Source: the human T2T-CHM13v2.0 reference genome, Homo sapiens
Assembly: GCF_009914755.1 (NCBI RefSeq)
Contig: NC_060929.1
Length of the DNA stretch: 64,000 nt
Direction: 5' to 3' (one strand)
Of this stretch, positions 46,936 through 60,718 are shown in pieces. The notes under the pieces were generated by a model, which was not told where the DNA came from, made no database searches, and was given only the letters and a program-made list of their open reading frames with translations. Both the position numbers and the translations under genes were made by a program. Positions within the stretch are counted from its first letter, which is position 1. Each line of letters starts with the position of its first letter.

Positions 46936-48272
46936 CTTTGTGGTTTTATCTACCTTTGGTCTTTGATGATGGTGACATACAGATGGGGTTTTAGTGTGGA
47001 TGTCCTTTCTTTTTGTTAGTTTTTCTTCTAACAGTCAGGACCCTCAGCTGCAGGTCTGTTGGAGTTTGCTGGAGGTCCACTCCAGACCCTGTTTGCCTGG
47101 GTATCGGCAGTGGAGGCTGCAGAACCATGAATATTGCTGAACAGCAAATGTTGCTGCCTGATCGTTCCTCTGGAAGCTCTGTCTCAGAGGGTTACCTGGC
47201 CATGTGAGGTGTCTGTCTGCCCCTACTGGGGGGGTGCCTCCCAGTTAGGCTACTCAGGGGTCAGGGACCCACTTGAGGAGGCAGTCTGTCTATTCTCAGA
47301 TCTCAAACTCTGTGCTCGGAGAACCACTACTGTCTTCAAAGCAGTCAGATAGGGACATTTAAGTCTGCAGAGGTTTCTGCTGCCTTTTGTTCAGCTATGC
47401 CCTGCCCCCAGAGGTGGAGTCTACAGAGGCAGGCAGGCCTCCTTGAGCTGCGGTTGGCTCTACCCAGTTCAAGCTTCCTGGTGGCTGTGTTTACCTACTC
47501 AATCCTCAGCAATGGTGGGCGCCCCTCCCCCAGCCTCGCTGCTGCCTTGCAATTCGATCTCAGACTGCTGTGCTAGCAATGAGTGAGGCTCTATGGGCGT
47601 GGGAACCTCTGAGCCAAGCACAGGATATAATCTCCTGGTGTGCCATTTGCTAAGACCGTTGGAAAAGCACAGTATTAGGGTGGGAGTGACCCAATTTTCC
47701 AGGTGCCTTCTGTTCCAGCTTACCTTGGCTAGGAAAGGGAATTCCCTGGCCCCTTGTGCTTCCCAGGTGAGGCAATGCCTTGTCCTACTTTGGCTCATGC
47801 TCGGTGGGCTGCACCCACTGTCCTGCACCCACTGTCCAACAAGCCCCAGTGAGATGAACCCGGTACCTCAGTTGGAAATGCAGAAATCACCTGTCTTCTG
47901 CGTCACTCATGCTGGGAGCTGTAGACTGGAGCTGTTCCTATTCGGGCATCTTGGAATCCTCAAGACCTCAGTTTTAATAGCAGTTGAAAAAAATTTCTTC
48001 AGGTACCTGAGATAAGATAGTTATTGTGATTGAGTGTGAAACTGAACTCTCTGCTAGTTGACAAAGAGGGAAATAAGATGGATTTTACAAATTTCTCATT
48101 GTCTAGTAAGTAGAACTTATATATTTGTGAATACCTGCCTTTCTATGGCACAGAATTCTGAAAGAAGTTTATAGTTTGGAAACTTATTTGATCTCATTAA
48201 CCAATGAACAAGCTCATTAATTGTAAGTTTTCATGAAAGGTCTTCAAATGGTTGCTTTTTACATGGGTTGGT

Positions 48273-50646
48273 TGATACGGTTTGGATCTGTGTCCCTACC
48301 CAGATCTCATGTTCAGTTGTAATCCTCAATGTTGGAGGAAATGCCAGATGGGAGGTAATTGGACTTTGGGGGTGGTTTCTAATGATTTAATACCATCCCT
48401 GTGAGTGCTGCTCTCATGATCGTGAGTGTATTCTTATGATATATTGCTGTTTAAAAGTGTGGGCCCATTCTTCCTGTCTCTCTTCCTCCTGCTTCAGCCA
48501 TGTAAGATGTGCCTGCTTCCCCTTTATCTTCACCATGATTGAGTTTCCTGAGGTGTCCCTGGAAGCTGAGAAGAATCCAACATCATACTTCCTGTGCAAC
48601 CTGTGAAACCATGAGCCAATTAAACCTGTTTTCTTTATAAATTACCCAGTCTCAGGTATTTATTTATAGCAGTGTGAGAACAGCCTAATGCATAAAATTG
48701 GTACCACAGAGTGGGGCATTGCTGTAGAGATACCTGAAAATGTGGAAGCAGCTTTGGAACTGGGTAATGGGCAGAGGGTGGAAGAGCGTGCAGGGCTCAG
48801 AAGACAGGAAGATGTGGGAAAGTTTGGAACTTCCTAGAGACTTGTTAAATTGTTGTGACCAAAATGCTGATAGTGATATGGACAATGAAGTCCAGACTTA
48901 GGAGGTTTCAGGTGGAGATGAGGAACTTATTGGGAACTGGAGCAAAGGTCACTTTTGTTATGTATTATGAAAGAGACTGGCTGCATTGTGCCCCTGCTCT
49001 AGTTATCTTTGGAACTTTGAAGTTGAGGGTGATGATTTAGGTATCTAGCAGAAGAAATTTCTAAGCAGCAAATAGTTCAAGATATGGCCTGGCTGCTTCT
49101 AATAACATATGTTCATATGTACAAGCAAAAAAATGAACTGAAACTTGAAATTATATTTAAAAGGGAAGCAGAGCATAAAAATTTGGCAAATTTGCAGCCT
49201 GGCCATGTGGTGGGAAAGGAAAGCCCACCTTCAGGGGAGGAATTCAAGGAGGTTGCAGAAATTTGCATAACTAAAAGGAAGGCATTTTGGAGAGATATGA
49301 GGCAGCCCCTCCCATCACAGGCCCAGAGGCCTAGGAGGAAAGAATGGTTTTGCAGCTAAAGACACTGGTCCCTGCATCCCAGCTGCTCCAGGTCCAGCCA
49401 TGGCTTAAGGGGGCCCATGTAAAGTTTGGACAGCTGTTTCACAGGGTGCAAGCTATAAGCCTAGGAGGCTTCCACATGGTGTTAAGCCTGAGGCTGCAAA
49501 CAATGTAACATTTGAGGCCTAGGAGCTGATGCCTAGATTTCAGAGAATGTATGGAAAGGCTAGGACATCCAGGCAGAATCCTGCTACAGGGTGAAGGCTG
49601 ATACAGGGTGAAGCCCTCATGAAGAGCCTTTACTAGGGCAGTGCAGAGGAGAAATGTGGGGTTGGAATCTCCACACATAGTCCCTACTGGGGCACTGCCT
49701 AGTAGAGCTGTGAGAATAGGGCCCCTATCCTCCAGAGCCCAGAATGATAGATCCACTGACAACTTGCACTGTGTGCCTGGAAAAGCTGCAAGCACTCAAT
49801 GCCAACTTGTGAAAACAGCCATGAGGTCTGTACCCTGAAAAGCCTCATGGATGGAGTTGTCCAAGGCCTTGGGAGACCACCCCTTGCAGAAGTGTGCCCT
49901 AAGTGTGAGGTATAAAATGATAAGAGATTATTTTGGAGCTTTAAGATTTAATGACTGCCCTTCAGTGGTTCAGACTTGCGTGGGGCCTGTAGCCCGTTTC
50001 TTTTGGCCTATTTCCCTTACCCAGTGCCTGTAATCTCATAGTATCTTGGAAATAACTAACTTGTTTTTGATTTTACAGGCTCAGAGGTGGAAGGGACTAA
50101 CCTTGTCTCAGATGAGACTTTGGACTTTTGAGTTAATTCTGGAATAGTTAAGACATTGAGGGACTGTTGGGAAAGCATGATTGTATTTTGCAATATGAGA
50201 AGGACATGAGGTTTGGGAGGGGCCAGAGGCAGAATGATATGGTTTGGATTTCTCTCTCCACCCAAATCTCATGTTCAATTGTAATACTCAGTGTTAGAGG
50301 AAGGGGTCTGGTGGGAGGTGATTGGATTTTTGAATGGTTAACACCGTCCCTCTGTGTGCTATTCTTATGATAGTGAGTGAGTTATCATGAGATCTGGTTG
50401 TTTACAAGTGTGTGGCATCTCCTCCTTCTCTCTCATCCTCCTGCTCAGGCCATGTAAGATGTGCTGCTTCTCCTTTACCTTCCGCCCTGATTTCACATTT
50501 TCTGTGATCTCCTCAGAAGCTGTGCAGATACCAGTGTCATGTTTCCTGTACAGCCTGTGGAACCATGAGCCAATTAAACCTCTTTTCTTTATAAATTAAC
50601 CAGTCTCAGATATTTCTTTGTAGCGGTGTAAGAATGGCCTAATACG
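48273..50646 (+). mobile_element. Full-length MaLR element (MSTA LTR-int-LTR)
   Basis: LTRs at 48273-48692 and 50235-50646; MST-type internal region; PPT GGGAGGGGCCAGAGGCAGAA; 5-bp TSD TTGGT (48268-48272, 50647-50651). Confidence 0.94.
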
Positions 50647-50899
50647 TTGGTTGACTTAATTACTGGCTACATGGATATGGTCTTAGGAAAATGGAGAATT
50701 TTCAGCTGGCTGAAACTTCAAGTTTTGAAAAGTGTTTACTTTATTATATTATCAATTAAAGAGAAAGAAAAACCTTAATCTTTATATTCTTTATTAATAA
50801 ACATTTGCTTTTGGCTTCTGAGAACCAACTATAAAACCAAATAGGTGTTTTATTTTTATGGTGTCATAGGCTGTTATGTTTAACAGCATAAGGGTTGGT

Positions 50900-51205
50900 T
50901 TAGCAAGTCAAGTATGTTAGAACTCAGGTCTCTGTAATTCTTTGGGCTTTATTTCTGTAGTTGCAAGCTGGCTGCTGCAGCTCAGCCATTAAATCCATGT
51001 TCCAGGTGGGAATAAGGAAGAAATGTAGGAAAGGGGTGGTACCTATATTAGTGAAGCAAAGCTTTCTCAGAAATCCTTAACTCAGGTTTCCCAGGAACAC
51101 TGGCTAACTCTTGTTGGCAGAACTAACTCTGTCACAAGGGTATTCCTAGCTGCAAGGGAAGTTGGCTGATGTAATTTATTTTTTAAAGTTGGGCACCTTG
51201 CTATC
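50900..51205 (-). mobile_element. Old MLT1-like LTR fragment
   Basis: GTTGCAAGCTGGCTGCTGCAGCTCAGCC..CCATGTTCCAGG...TTGGCAGAACT..GTCACA..TTCCTAGCTGCAAGGGAAG. Confidence 0.55.
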
Positions 51206-51430
51206 TCTTCCTCTCCACCCTCTAAATAGGGATTATCTTGGAAAGGAGGAAGGGAAGTGTGGATATTGGGAAGGGAACTAGTCATATATGCCAATATTTA
51301 ATTAGTGAGAATGTTTATAACTTTTTAAATGTCATATTACCTAGTCATTGAAACTATTGTGTCTTTGATTTCACTGGTGTTATTTCACATATAAATGCTT
51401 TTGATTCCTTGATTGTGGTATTCTCTAAAG

Positions 51431-51560
51431 TTTTTTTTTTTAAGAGATGGGATTTTGCCATGTTGCCCAAGCTGGCCTTGAGCTACTGGGCTCAAGCAAT
51501 CCTCCCACCTCAGCTTTCCCAAGTAGTTGAGATTATAGGTGCTTTCCGCTGTGACAGGTC
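51431..51560 (-). mobile_element. FLAM / Alu left monomer
   Basis: PolyT-AAGAGATGGG...GGGCTCAAGCAATCCTCCCACCTCAGC; single monomer. Confidence 0.85.
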
Positions 51561-52160
51561 TCTGTTCAGGCTGCATAGATGGAAATAAACATGTACCATA
51601 TCTTTTTATTTGAAGAATCCTTTAGAGACTTAAGCCCAAGACAGAACAATTTACTTATCTACCTCTGTTTACCTACATATATATTTTTATTATGGAAAAA
51701 TTTAAATATTGGTTGTAATATTGGCAATATACAATGAATATTCATAAAGTTTTCCTAAATATTCTAATAGTGAAAATGGTTCTTAATAAATAATGACTGT
51801 CAAATGAGTTCTGCTATACTGCCCATCAATGAGTCTGGCTATTGGTATATAATTCCTGTGGGAGCTGACCAGGCACTTTCGGCATCTATTCATGAAAGGT
51901 TTTCTTGATACTAGATAACTAACATAAAATATTAGAAATAATTATGAATCCTATTCATTAACAAAAATATTATTATTCAAGAGAAAACATTTTTATGACA
52001 GGAAGGAACTATGAAAATTTAGCTTGATGTAAAAATATAGATAATTGAAATAGCAGTTTGGCATCTATACTTTTTCAAAGCTTATATTGTACTTATGTAT
52101 GTTTCTAGCAAGCCCCTTGGCTAATTTGTGAAATTGGTATTCAGTTACTAACATTTTCTT

Positions 52161-52594
<434 letters not shown>

Positions 52595-53914
52595 TAATAT
52601 GATGAACTGATTTCAAACAGATTGTTAATAGCTTTTAATGGCTGAATGTGACTCTCTCTTTTACTTCTTACTAGAATCTATTAAATGCAGCTGGGTGTCA
52701 ATGAACAAAGTTTTCTTTACTTGAAGGTGTAGGGAGTGGGAAGTGTAATTTTGTCATATCTGTCCATCACATATGCAGTTGTCAACTCTATATATGTATA
52801 AAATTTAGTCATCATTCTTAACAATATTATATTCAGATGCCATGGATGTTAAATATATCATCAGTAAAATATTCATGTCACTATACATGGGGGAGAATTT
52901 TAAAGTGCAAATTTATAAATACCCTAATGCATCAAATGATTTAATATAGTAACCACAATCTTAAAATATATACGTTATTTGAGATAGATTTAGCAACCTG
53001 CTTCCTTTGGTCATAGTTTCCAATATATTAAAATAAAAGCATCAAGATTAGATAATTGGTAACATTACTTTCAACATGTTCAAGGATTCTAAGGTAAACT
53101 ATATACTTCAGAACACAGTTAAATGTTGCTACAATGATATGCAGATAATTAATAATCATAAGACATGATGAAAATAAGCATCACAGACAGGATAGTGTAA
53201 AAATAGGCTAAGGTAGTAATGAGTCAAAGAGATATGTGATCATAATTATTGATATCATAATAAAGATTTTTCTTTGTTGGAAATTTATTTGGCCTGGGTG
53301 CTAAGGCATTAGGACCAGATTTTAATGATCTCTTTCTATTCCTTGACCTAATCTCCCCTCCACACTTTGTGAGTTTTTTTTTTTTCTGACAGATTTGCTG
53401 AAAGCAAAATTAACAATTTCCTACACTAGTCTCTTAAACAACAGGGTAATTACTTTTAAGTAATGTAAATTTTGTACTTTAGAGACCTTTTCAGCAGTCT
53501 CTGTCTTTTCCCAACTTTAATTGTTTGGCCAATGTCATATGTTGCCGTATTAAAGAAAACCACACACAATTAAATATGATTCTGGTAGTTTTGAAGGTTG
53601 TTAGGTCTTTGTGGAAGGTTTATGGGAAAATAAGAATGTAGCTAAATTATACAGCAAGATTACCTAAAAATCCTCAAAAGATCTTCCCTGACAAAATTGC
53701 CATCAATCTGGGAGGGTTCTATTAGCTAAGGAAGATGTATATGTGTATGTGTGTGTGTGATTATTGATCAATAGAATCTATGACATCTTTGAGGGTTCAG
53801 TATCCAGTCCGGGAGTAAAGTCAAGAAAAGGAACTCAGAAACTCATTCTCTCTAGACTGTGTTCCAGGTGACCTCTTTGGTTTATCTGGATTAAGAGTGA
53901 GTGCTAGAGAATCT

Positions 53915-54085
53915 GAAGGCTTGAGTCTTGGTTCCACCATTATTTAGTTATGTGACCCTGGACATTTTACTTAATCTTCATATATTCCAGTTTCATCACT
54001 TGCAAAATTGAGTTAATGGCAGTCTCATTTCAAATGGTGGTTGTGAGGATTAAGGGAGGTTGTGAATTTGCACACTATCCTCAAC
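53915..54085 (+). mobile_element. MIR SINE
   Basis: TGTGACCCTGGACATTTTACTTAATCTT..CAGTTTCATCACTTGCAAAAT...GGTTGTGAGGATTAA. Confidence 0.75.
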
Positions 54086-54159
54086 ATGCTGCATTTCTCC
54101 ATTAGGCCTGAAAAAAATAGTAGCTTCTAATGGTACTGTTATTTATTATTATTAACCAA

Positions 54160-54352
54160 AAGCAGTGTACATGTTTAACAACTGGCTCATAGAAATAAAG
54201 TCCTGATTTTTAGTGTTTGCCAATTTCTGTGGTATGAACACTCCCGCTATGCCTGATTCAAGCTACCAACATGATGTTAGCCAGATGACAAAATTCCTGA
54301 AGATTTAACTATTGGCTCTTGTGAACTGGTATGAGCCAGCTCCAGAACATCT
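54160..54352 (-). mobile_element. MER63-like hAT DNA transposon remnant
   Basis: ATGTTTAACAACTGGCTC...TTTGCCAATTTCTGTGGT...TGGCTCTTGTGAACTGGTATGAGCCAGCTCCAG. Confidence 0.65.
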
Positions 54353-54615
54353 TTTGACTGTCATTCAAAATGACATCTGGCCATTTATTTATTTATCAGT
54401 TCAAGTTGCCATAAGATTGTTCTTCTAATCGTTGGCAAGTGAGGAGAAAGCTAATGATGAATCTATTTAGCCAGATTTCAAGAAGATGTGATAATGCTGG
54501 CACTGGCTATTGTTATAATTGTACATCTATGTTTAAAGCATCATCCAAGGAATTAAATGGATCTGGAGAAAAATACATCATTTTTTCTTTTTCTCCTTTT
54601 TAAAATCTTTTGTTA

Positions 54616-55582
54616 GATTTCTGGTTCCAAAATGGCAGTGTAGAAGCAAGCTGGCTTTACTCCTCCTTACGGAAAATCAGAAACAAACATAAAGCACTGA
54701 GATTATCACAAGCAATATCCCAGAACTCAAATATGAGGAGGAGACAGTTCCTGGGACCACAGACATGAAGATACTCTGAGAAGATGGTAAGAGAATCAGG
54801 CACCCCTTCTCACAATCTGCCTGTCATCAAGCATGCAGAAAATCCTTTCTGCTACTCACTGTTTCTATATTGGAAAAAGTGAGAACAAGGTGGATAACCA
54901 GTATCCCCACCACCGTGAGTTCCCTGGCAGGATATCTGTCCCTGCCTCAACTTATAGGAAGCATTCCGAGTACTTGAAGGGAGAAATATCCCTGAGGATA
55001 GCCAGAGGAAAAGGGGAAGGCAGAAATACCACCTCCAGCCCTGGAAATTCTGCTCTGTCAATCCACCAAAGGAGATTCCAAATCAGAGTGGCTGTTTAGC
55101 AGCACCACACAGTAGAAGGTTCATTTCACAGGGCCCCTAGGCACAAATCTTGAGCCACCCTTCCCCTTTGGAACCTCCCCCATTCAAGACAGGCACCACT
55201 CCTTTACCAGAGCCAAGGTCAGCCTGGGCTTTAGGCATCATTTACTGCTGAAAGGAGGTAACAACCTAGTGGGAAAAATAAAAGAAATAAAATCAATAGG
55301 TAAATTACAAAGAATCTCTAAGAAAACATATTCTATCATAACCAAAACAAGCCAGACATAGAAGACTGGAATAAACAACGAGTCCGTCGATGCAAGACAA
55401 AGATGTACATCTACAAGAAACAATAGCAAACAGGGACAACAACCTCCTCAAATGGACAAAGCAAGGGAACAGGGACTGACATTACTGAGATGGTGATATG
55501 TGAGTTCTCTGACCAGAAATTCAAAATAGCAGTTTAAAGGAAATTCAGGGATCTTCAAAATAACACAAAAAAGATATTCAAA
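54616..55582 (+). mobile_element. Old L1M 5'UTR + ORF1 start (host; resumes near 63455)
   Basis: TTCTGGTTCCAAAATGGCAG 5' end; ORF1-like GAAATTCAAAATAGCAGTTTAAAGGAAATTCAGGGATCTTCAAAATAACACA. Confidence 0.75.
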
Positions 55583-56127
55583 ATGTTTTGTTATTGTTGC
55601 TGGGGCTTATCATTTTTGTTACTGATACAAAATATTTTACATATTTATGGGGTATGTATGAGTATTTGCTACATGAATAGAATGTGTAATGATCAAGTCA
55701 GGATATTGGGGTATTCTACATGTTGGTGACATTTCAAGTTCTCTCTTCTAGCCACTTTGAAATATATAACACAATGTTGCTCACCATAGTCACCCTACTC
55801 TGCTATTGAATATTGGGACTTGCTTCTTCTATCTAACTGTACGTTTCTGCCCATTAATCAACCTCTCTTTATCTCTCTGACTCTCACCCACATACCTTTC
55901 TCAGCCTGTGGTATCTGTCATTCTATTCTCTATCACTATGAGATCAACTTTTTAAGCTCTCACATGTGAGTGAGAACTTGCAGTATCTGCCTTTCTGTGC
56001 CTGGGTTATCTTACTTAACATAATCACCTCCAGATCCATCCATATTGCTACAAAAGACATGATTTCATTCTTTTTATGGCTGAATAGTATTCCATTATGT
56101 ATGTATACCACATTTTCTTTATCCATT

Positions 56128-56411
56128 AATTTTTTTTACAAATTATAAGGTATTATGTATCAATGATAATGAAAATTTATAAAATTTAAATAATACAAAT
56201 AATCTTACTGAGAGAGAATATCATTAGCTACATTTTACCCGTATGAAAACTAATTAAGTAACTTACTTTAAAGTTGTATAGCTAGTTTTTGGCAGAAAAG
56301 ACAAGAATTTTAGTTTCCTGAGTCCACATCTGATTTTCTTTCCATGGTACTAAATTGCCTATCTTGCAAAGTTAGGGGCATGTCCGCCTATGATTCCAAG
56401 CCCCTAAATAG
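56128..56411 (-). other. Orphan 284-bp insert containing degraded MIR-like sequence
   Basis: Interrupts the L1 sequence TATCCATT|CATCTG; TCCATT repeated on both sides; T8 run near the left end. Confidence 0.7.
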
Positions 56412-57502
56412 TCCATTCATCTGTTGTTGGACACCTAGATTGATTCCACATCTTGGCTACTGTGAACAGTGCAGCAATAAACATGGGAATGCAGATGTCT
56501 CTTTGACGTAATAATTTCTTTTTCTTTGGATATATACCCAGTAGTGGGATGAATGAATCATATGGTAGTTTCATTTTTAGGTTTTTGAGGAACCTCCATA
56601 CTGTTTTTCATTGTGGTTGTGCTAATTCACTTCCCCACAACAGTGTATAAGAGTTCCTTCTCCACAACCTCACCAGCATCTGTTATTTTTAGTATTTTTA
56701 ATAGTGCTATTCTAACTGGGGTAGGATAATATCTCATTGTGGTTTCGATTTGCATTTCTCTGATGATTAGTGATGTGGAACATTTTTTTCATATACCTGT
56801 TGGCCATTTGTATGTATTATTTTGAGAAATGTCTATTCATATCATTAGCCCACTTTTTAATGGGATTTCTTTTTAAATGGAGGAGTTGTTTGAATTTCTT
56901 GTATATGCTGGATATTAATCCCTTTTCAGATGAATAGTTTGCAAATATTTTTCTCTCATTCTGTAAGTTGTATCTTCACTCTGTTGATAGTTTCTTTTGC
57001 TGTGCAGAAGCTTTTTAGTTTAATATAATCCTATTTGCCTATTTGTTGTGGTTGTCTGTGCTTTTGAGGTCTTAGCCATGAAATCTTTGCCTAGACTGAT
57101 GTTTTGTTTTTTCTCTTTATTTTTTTTTCTAGCAGTTTTATTGTTTCAGGTCTTACATTTAAGTCTTTAATCCATCTTCAGATGATTTTTGTGTATGGGG
57201 AGACATAGGTGTTCAGTCTATTCTTATGCATATCGTGAATTTCAAATTTTCCCAAAACTATTTATTGAAGAATTTCCTTTCCCCAGTGTATGTTCTTGGC
57301 ACCTTTATTGAAAATCAGTTGGCTATAAATAAGTGAATTTAATTCTGGTGTCATTATTCCGTTTCACTGGTCTATGTGTCTGTTTTTATATCCTTAACAA
57401 TCCTGTTATTATAGCTTTCTAATACATTTTGAAGTGAGATAGATGATGCCTTCAGCTGTGGTCTTTTTGCTCAGAATGGTTTTGGCTATTCTGGCTCTTT
57501 TT

Positions 57503-59048
57503 CTTTCTTTCTTTCTTTTTTTTTTTTTTTTTTTTTTAGTATTTATTGATCGTTCTTGGGTGTTTCTCGGAGAGGGGGATTTGGCAGGGTCATAGGACAA
57601 CAGTGGAGGGAAGCTCAGCAGATAAACATGTGAACAAAGGTCTCTGGTTTTCCTAGGCAGAGGGCCCTGCCGCCTTCCACAGTGTTTGTGTCCCTGGGTA
57701 CTTGAGATTAGGGAGTGGTGATGACTCTTAACGAGTATGCTGCCTTCAAGCGTCTGTTTAACAAAGCACATCTTGCACTGCCCTTAATCCATTTAACCCT
57801 TAGTGGACACAGCACATGTTTCAGAGAGCATGGGGTTGGGGGTAAGGTTATAGATTAACAGCATCCCAAGGCAGAAGAATTTTTCTTAGTACAGAACAAA
57901 ATGGAGTCTCCTATGTCTACTTCTTTCTACACAGACACAGTAACAATCTAATCTCTCTTTCTTTTCCCCACATTTCCCCCCTTTCTATTCGACAAAACCA
58001 CCATTGTCATCATGTTCTCAATGAGCTATTGGGTACACCTCCCAGATGGGGTGGCGGCCGGGCAGAGGGGCTCCTCACTTCCCAGATGGGGCAGCCGGGC
58101 AGAGGCAACCCCTCACCTCCCAGAGGGGGTGGCTGGCTGGGCGGGGGCTGCCCCCCACTTCCCGGACAGGGCGGCTGGCCGGGCGGGGGCTGCCCCCCAC
58201 CTCCCAGATGGGGCAGCTGCTGGGCAGAGATGCTCCTCATTTCCCAGATGGGGCGGCTGCTGGGCAGAGGGGCTCCTCACTTCCCAGATGGGGCGGCTGG
58301 TCAGAGACGCTCCTCACCTCCCAGACGGGGTGGTGGCAGGGCAGAGACACTCCTCAGTTCCCAGACAGGGTCACGGCCGGGCAGAGGCACTCTTCACATC
58401 TCAGATGGGGCGGCAGGCCAGAGGTGCTCCCCACATCCCAGACGATGGGCGGCCGGGCAGAGACGCTCCTCACTTCCTAGATGGGATGACGGCCGGGAAG
58501 AGGCACTCCTCACTTCCCAGACTGGGCAGCCGGGCGGAGGGGTTCCTCACATCCCAGACGATGAGCGGCCAGGCAGAGACGCTCCTCACTTCCTAGATGG
58601 GGTGGCGGCCGGGCAGAGGCTGCAATCTCGGCACTTTGGGAGGCCAAGGCAGGCGGCTGGGAGGTGGAGGTTGTAGCGAGCCGAGATCACACCACTGCAC
58701 TCCAGCCTGGGCAACATTGAGCACTGAGTGAGCGAGACTCCGTCTGCAATCCCAGCACCTCGGGAGGCCAAGGCTGTCAGATCACTTGCAGTCAGGAGCT
58801 GGAGACCAGCCTGGCCAGCACAGCAAAACCCTGTCTCCACCAAAAAAAAGAAAACCAGTCAGGTGTGGCGGTGTGCCCCTGCAATCCCAGGCACTTGGCA
58901 GGCTGAGGCAAGAGAATCAGGCAGGGAGGTTGCAGTGAGTCGAGATGGCAGCAGTACAGTCCAGCCTCGGCTGGGCATCAGAGGGAGACCGTGCAAAGGG
59001 TAGGGGGAGGGGGAGGGGGAGGGAGAGGGAGAGGGAGAGGGAGAGGGA
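57503..59048 (-). mobile_element. Full-length SVA, older subfamily (SVA_A/B-like)
   Basis: (CCCTCT)n hexamers at about 59001-59048, Alu-like region, GC-rich VNTR about 58030-58620, SINE-R and polyA; 17-bp TSD CTATTCTGGC(T/C)CTTTTT (57486, 59049); heavy CpG decay. Confidence 0.97.
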
Positions 59049-60170
59049 CTATTCTGGCCCTTTTTTGGTTCCATATGAATGAATTTTTTTTTTCTGATTC
59101 TGTGAAAAATGACATTTATATTTTTGATAGAGGTGGCATTGAACATGTAGATTACTTTCAGCACTATGGTCATTTTAATGATATTCTTCTAATTCCTGAA
59201 CATGGGATGTCTTCCAATTTGTTTGTATCTTCCTAAGTTTCTTTACTTAGTGTTTCATAGATTTCCTTGTAGAGATCTTTCATCTCCTTGGTTAAATTTA
59301 TTCCTAAGTATTTTATTTTTTGTAGTTATTGTAAATAGGATTGCTTTCTTAGTTTCTTTCTCAATAAGTTCATTATTGGTGTATAGAAGCACTACTGATT
59401 ATTCTTTATTGATTTTGTATCCTACAACTTTAATGAACTTATTTATCAAATCTAGCAGTTTTTTTGTTGGAGTCTTAAGATTTTTCTAGATAAGATCATA
59501 TCGTCAGCAAAACAGGACAATTTGAATTCCTCTTTTCTAATTTAGATGCCCTTTATTTCTTTCTCTTGCCTGATTGCTCTGGCTAGAACTTGTAGTGATA
59601 TGTTGAGTAGGAATGGTGAAAGCAGACATCCTTGTCTTGTTCCAGATCTCAGAGGAAAGCTTTCAGTTCTTCCCCATTCAATATGATGTTAGCTGTGGGT
59701 TTGCCATATATGACCTTTATCATTTTGGGTATGCTTTTTCTATTCCTAGTGTGTTGAGAATTTTTATTGTGATGGGATGTTGAATTTTATCAGAGGCCTT
59801 TTCTGTATATATCGAGGTGATCATACGGCTTTTGTCCTTTATTCTATTGATGAGATAAATTATGTTTATTGATTTGTATGTTGAACCATACTTGCATCCC
59901 TGCTGTAAATCCTACTTCGTAATAGTATACTATTTTGGTAATGTGCTGTTAGATTGGTTTGCTAGTATTTTCTTGAGGGTTTTTATGTGTATGTTCATCA
60001 GGGATATTGACCTATAGTTATATTTTTTGCTGTGTCCTTTTCTGGTTTTCATATTAGAGTAACACTATTCTTATACAGTAAGTTATGGAAAGTTCCCTCT
60101 TCTTCAATTTTTTGGAATAGTTTAATGAGGATTGGTATTAATTCTTCTTTATAAGTGTGGTAGAATTTAG

Positions 60171-60718
<548 letters not shown>

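Noticed and set aside
58010-59236. Long overlapping GC-rich ORFs (up to 215 aa)
   Set aside because: They are by-products of the stop-poor SVA VNTR, Alu-like and hexamer regions.
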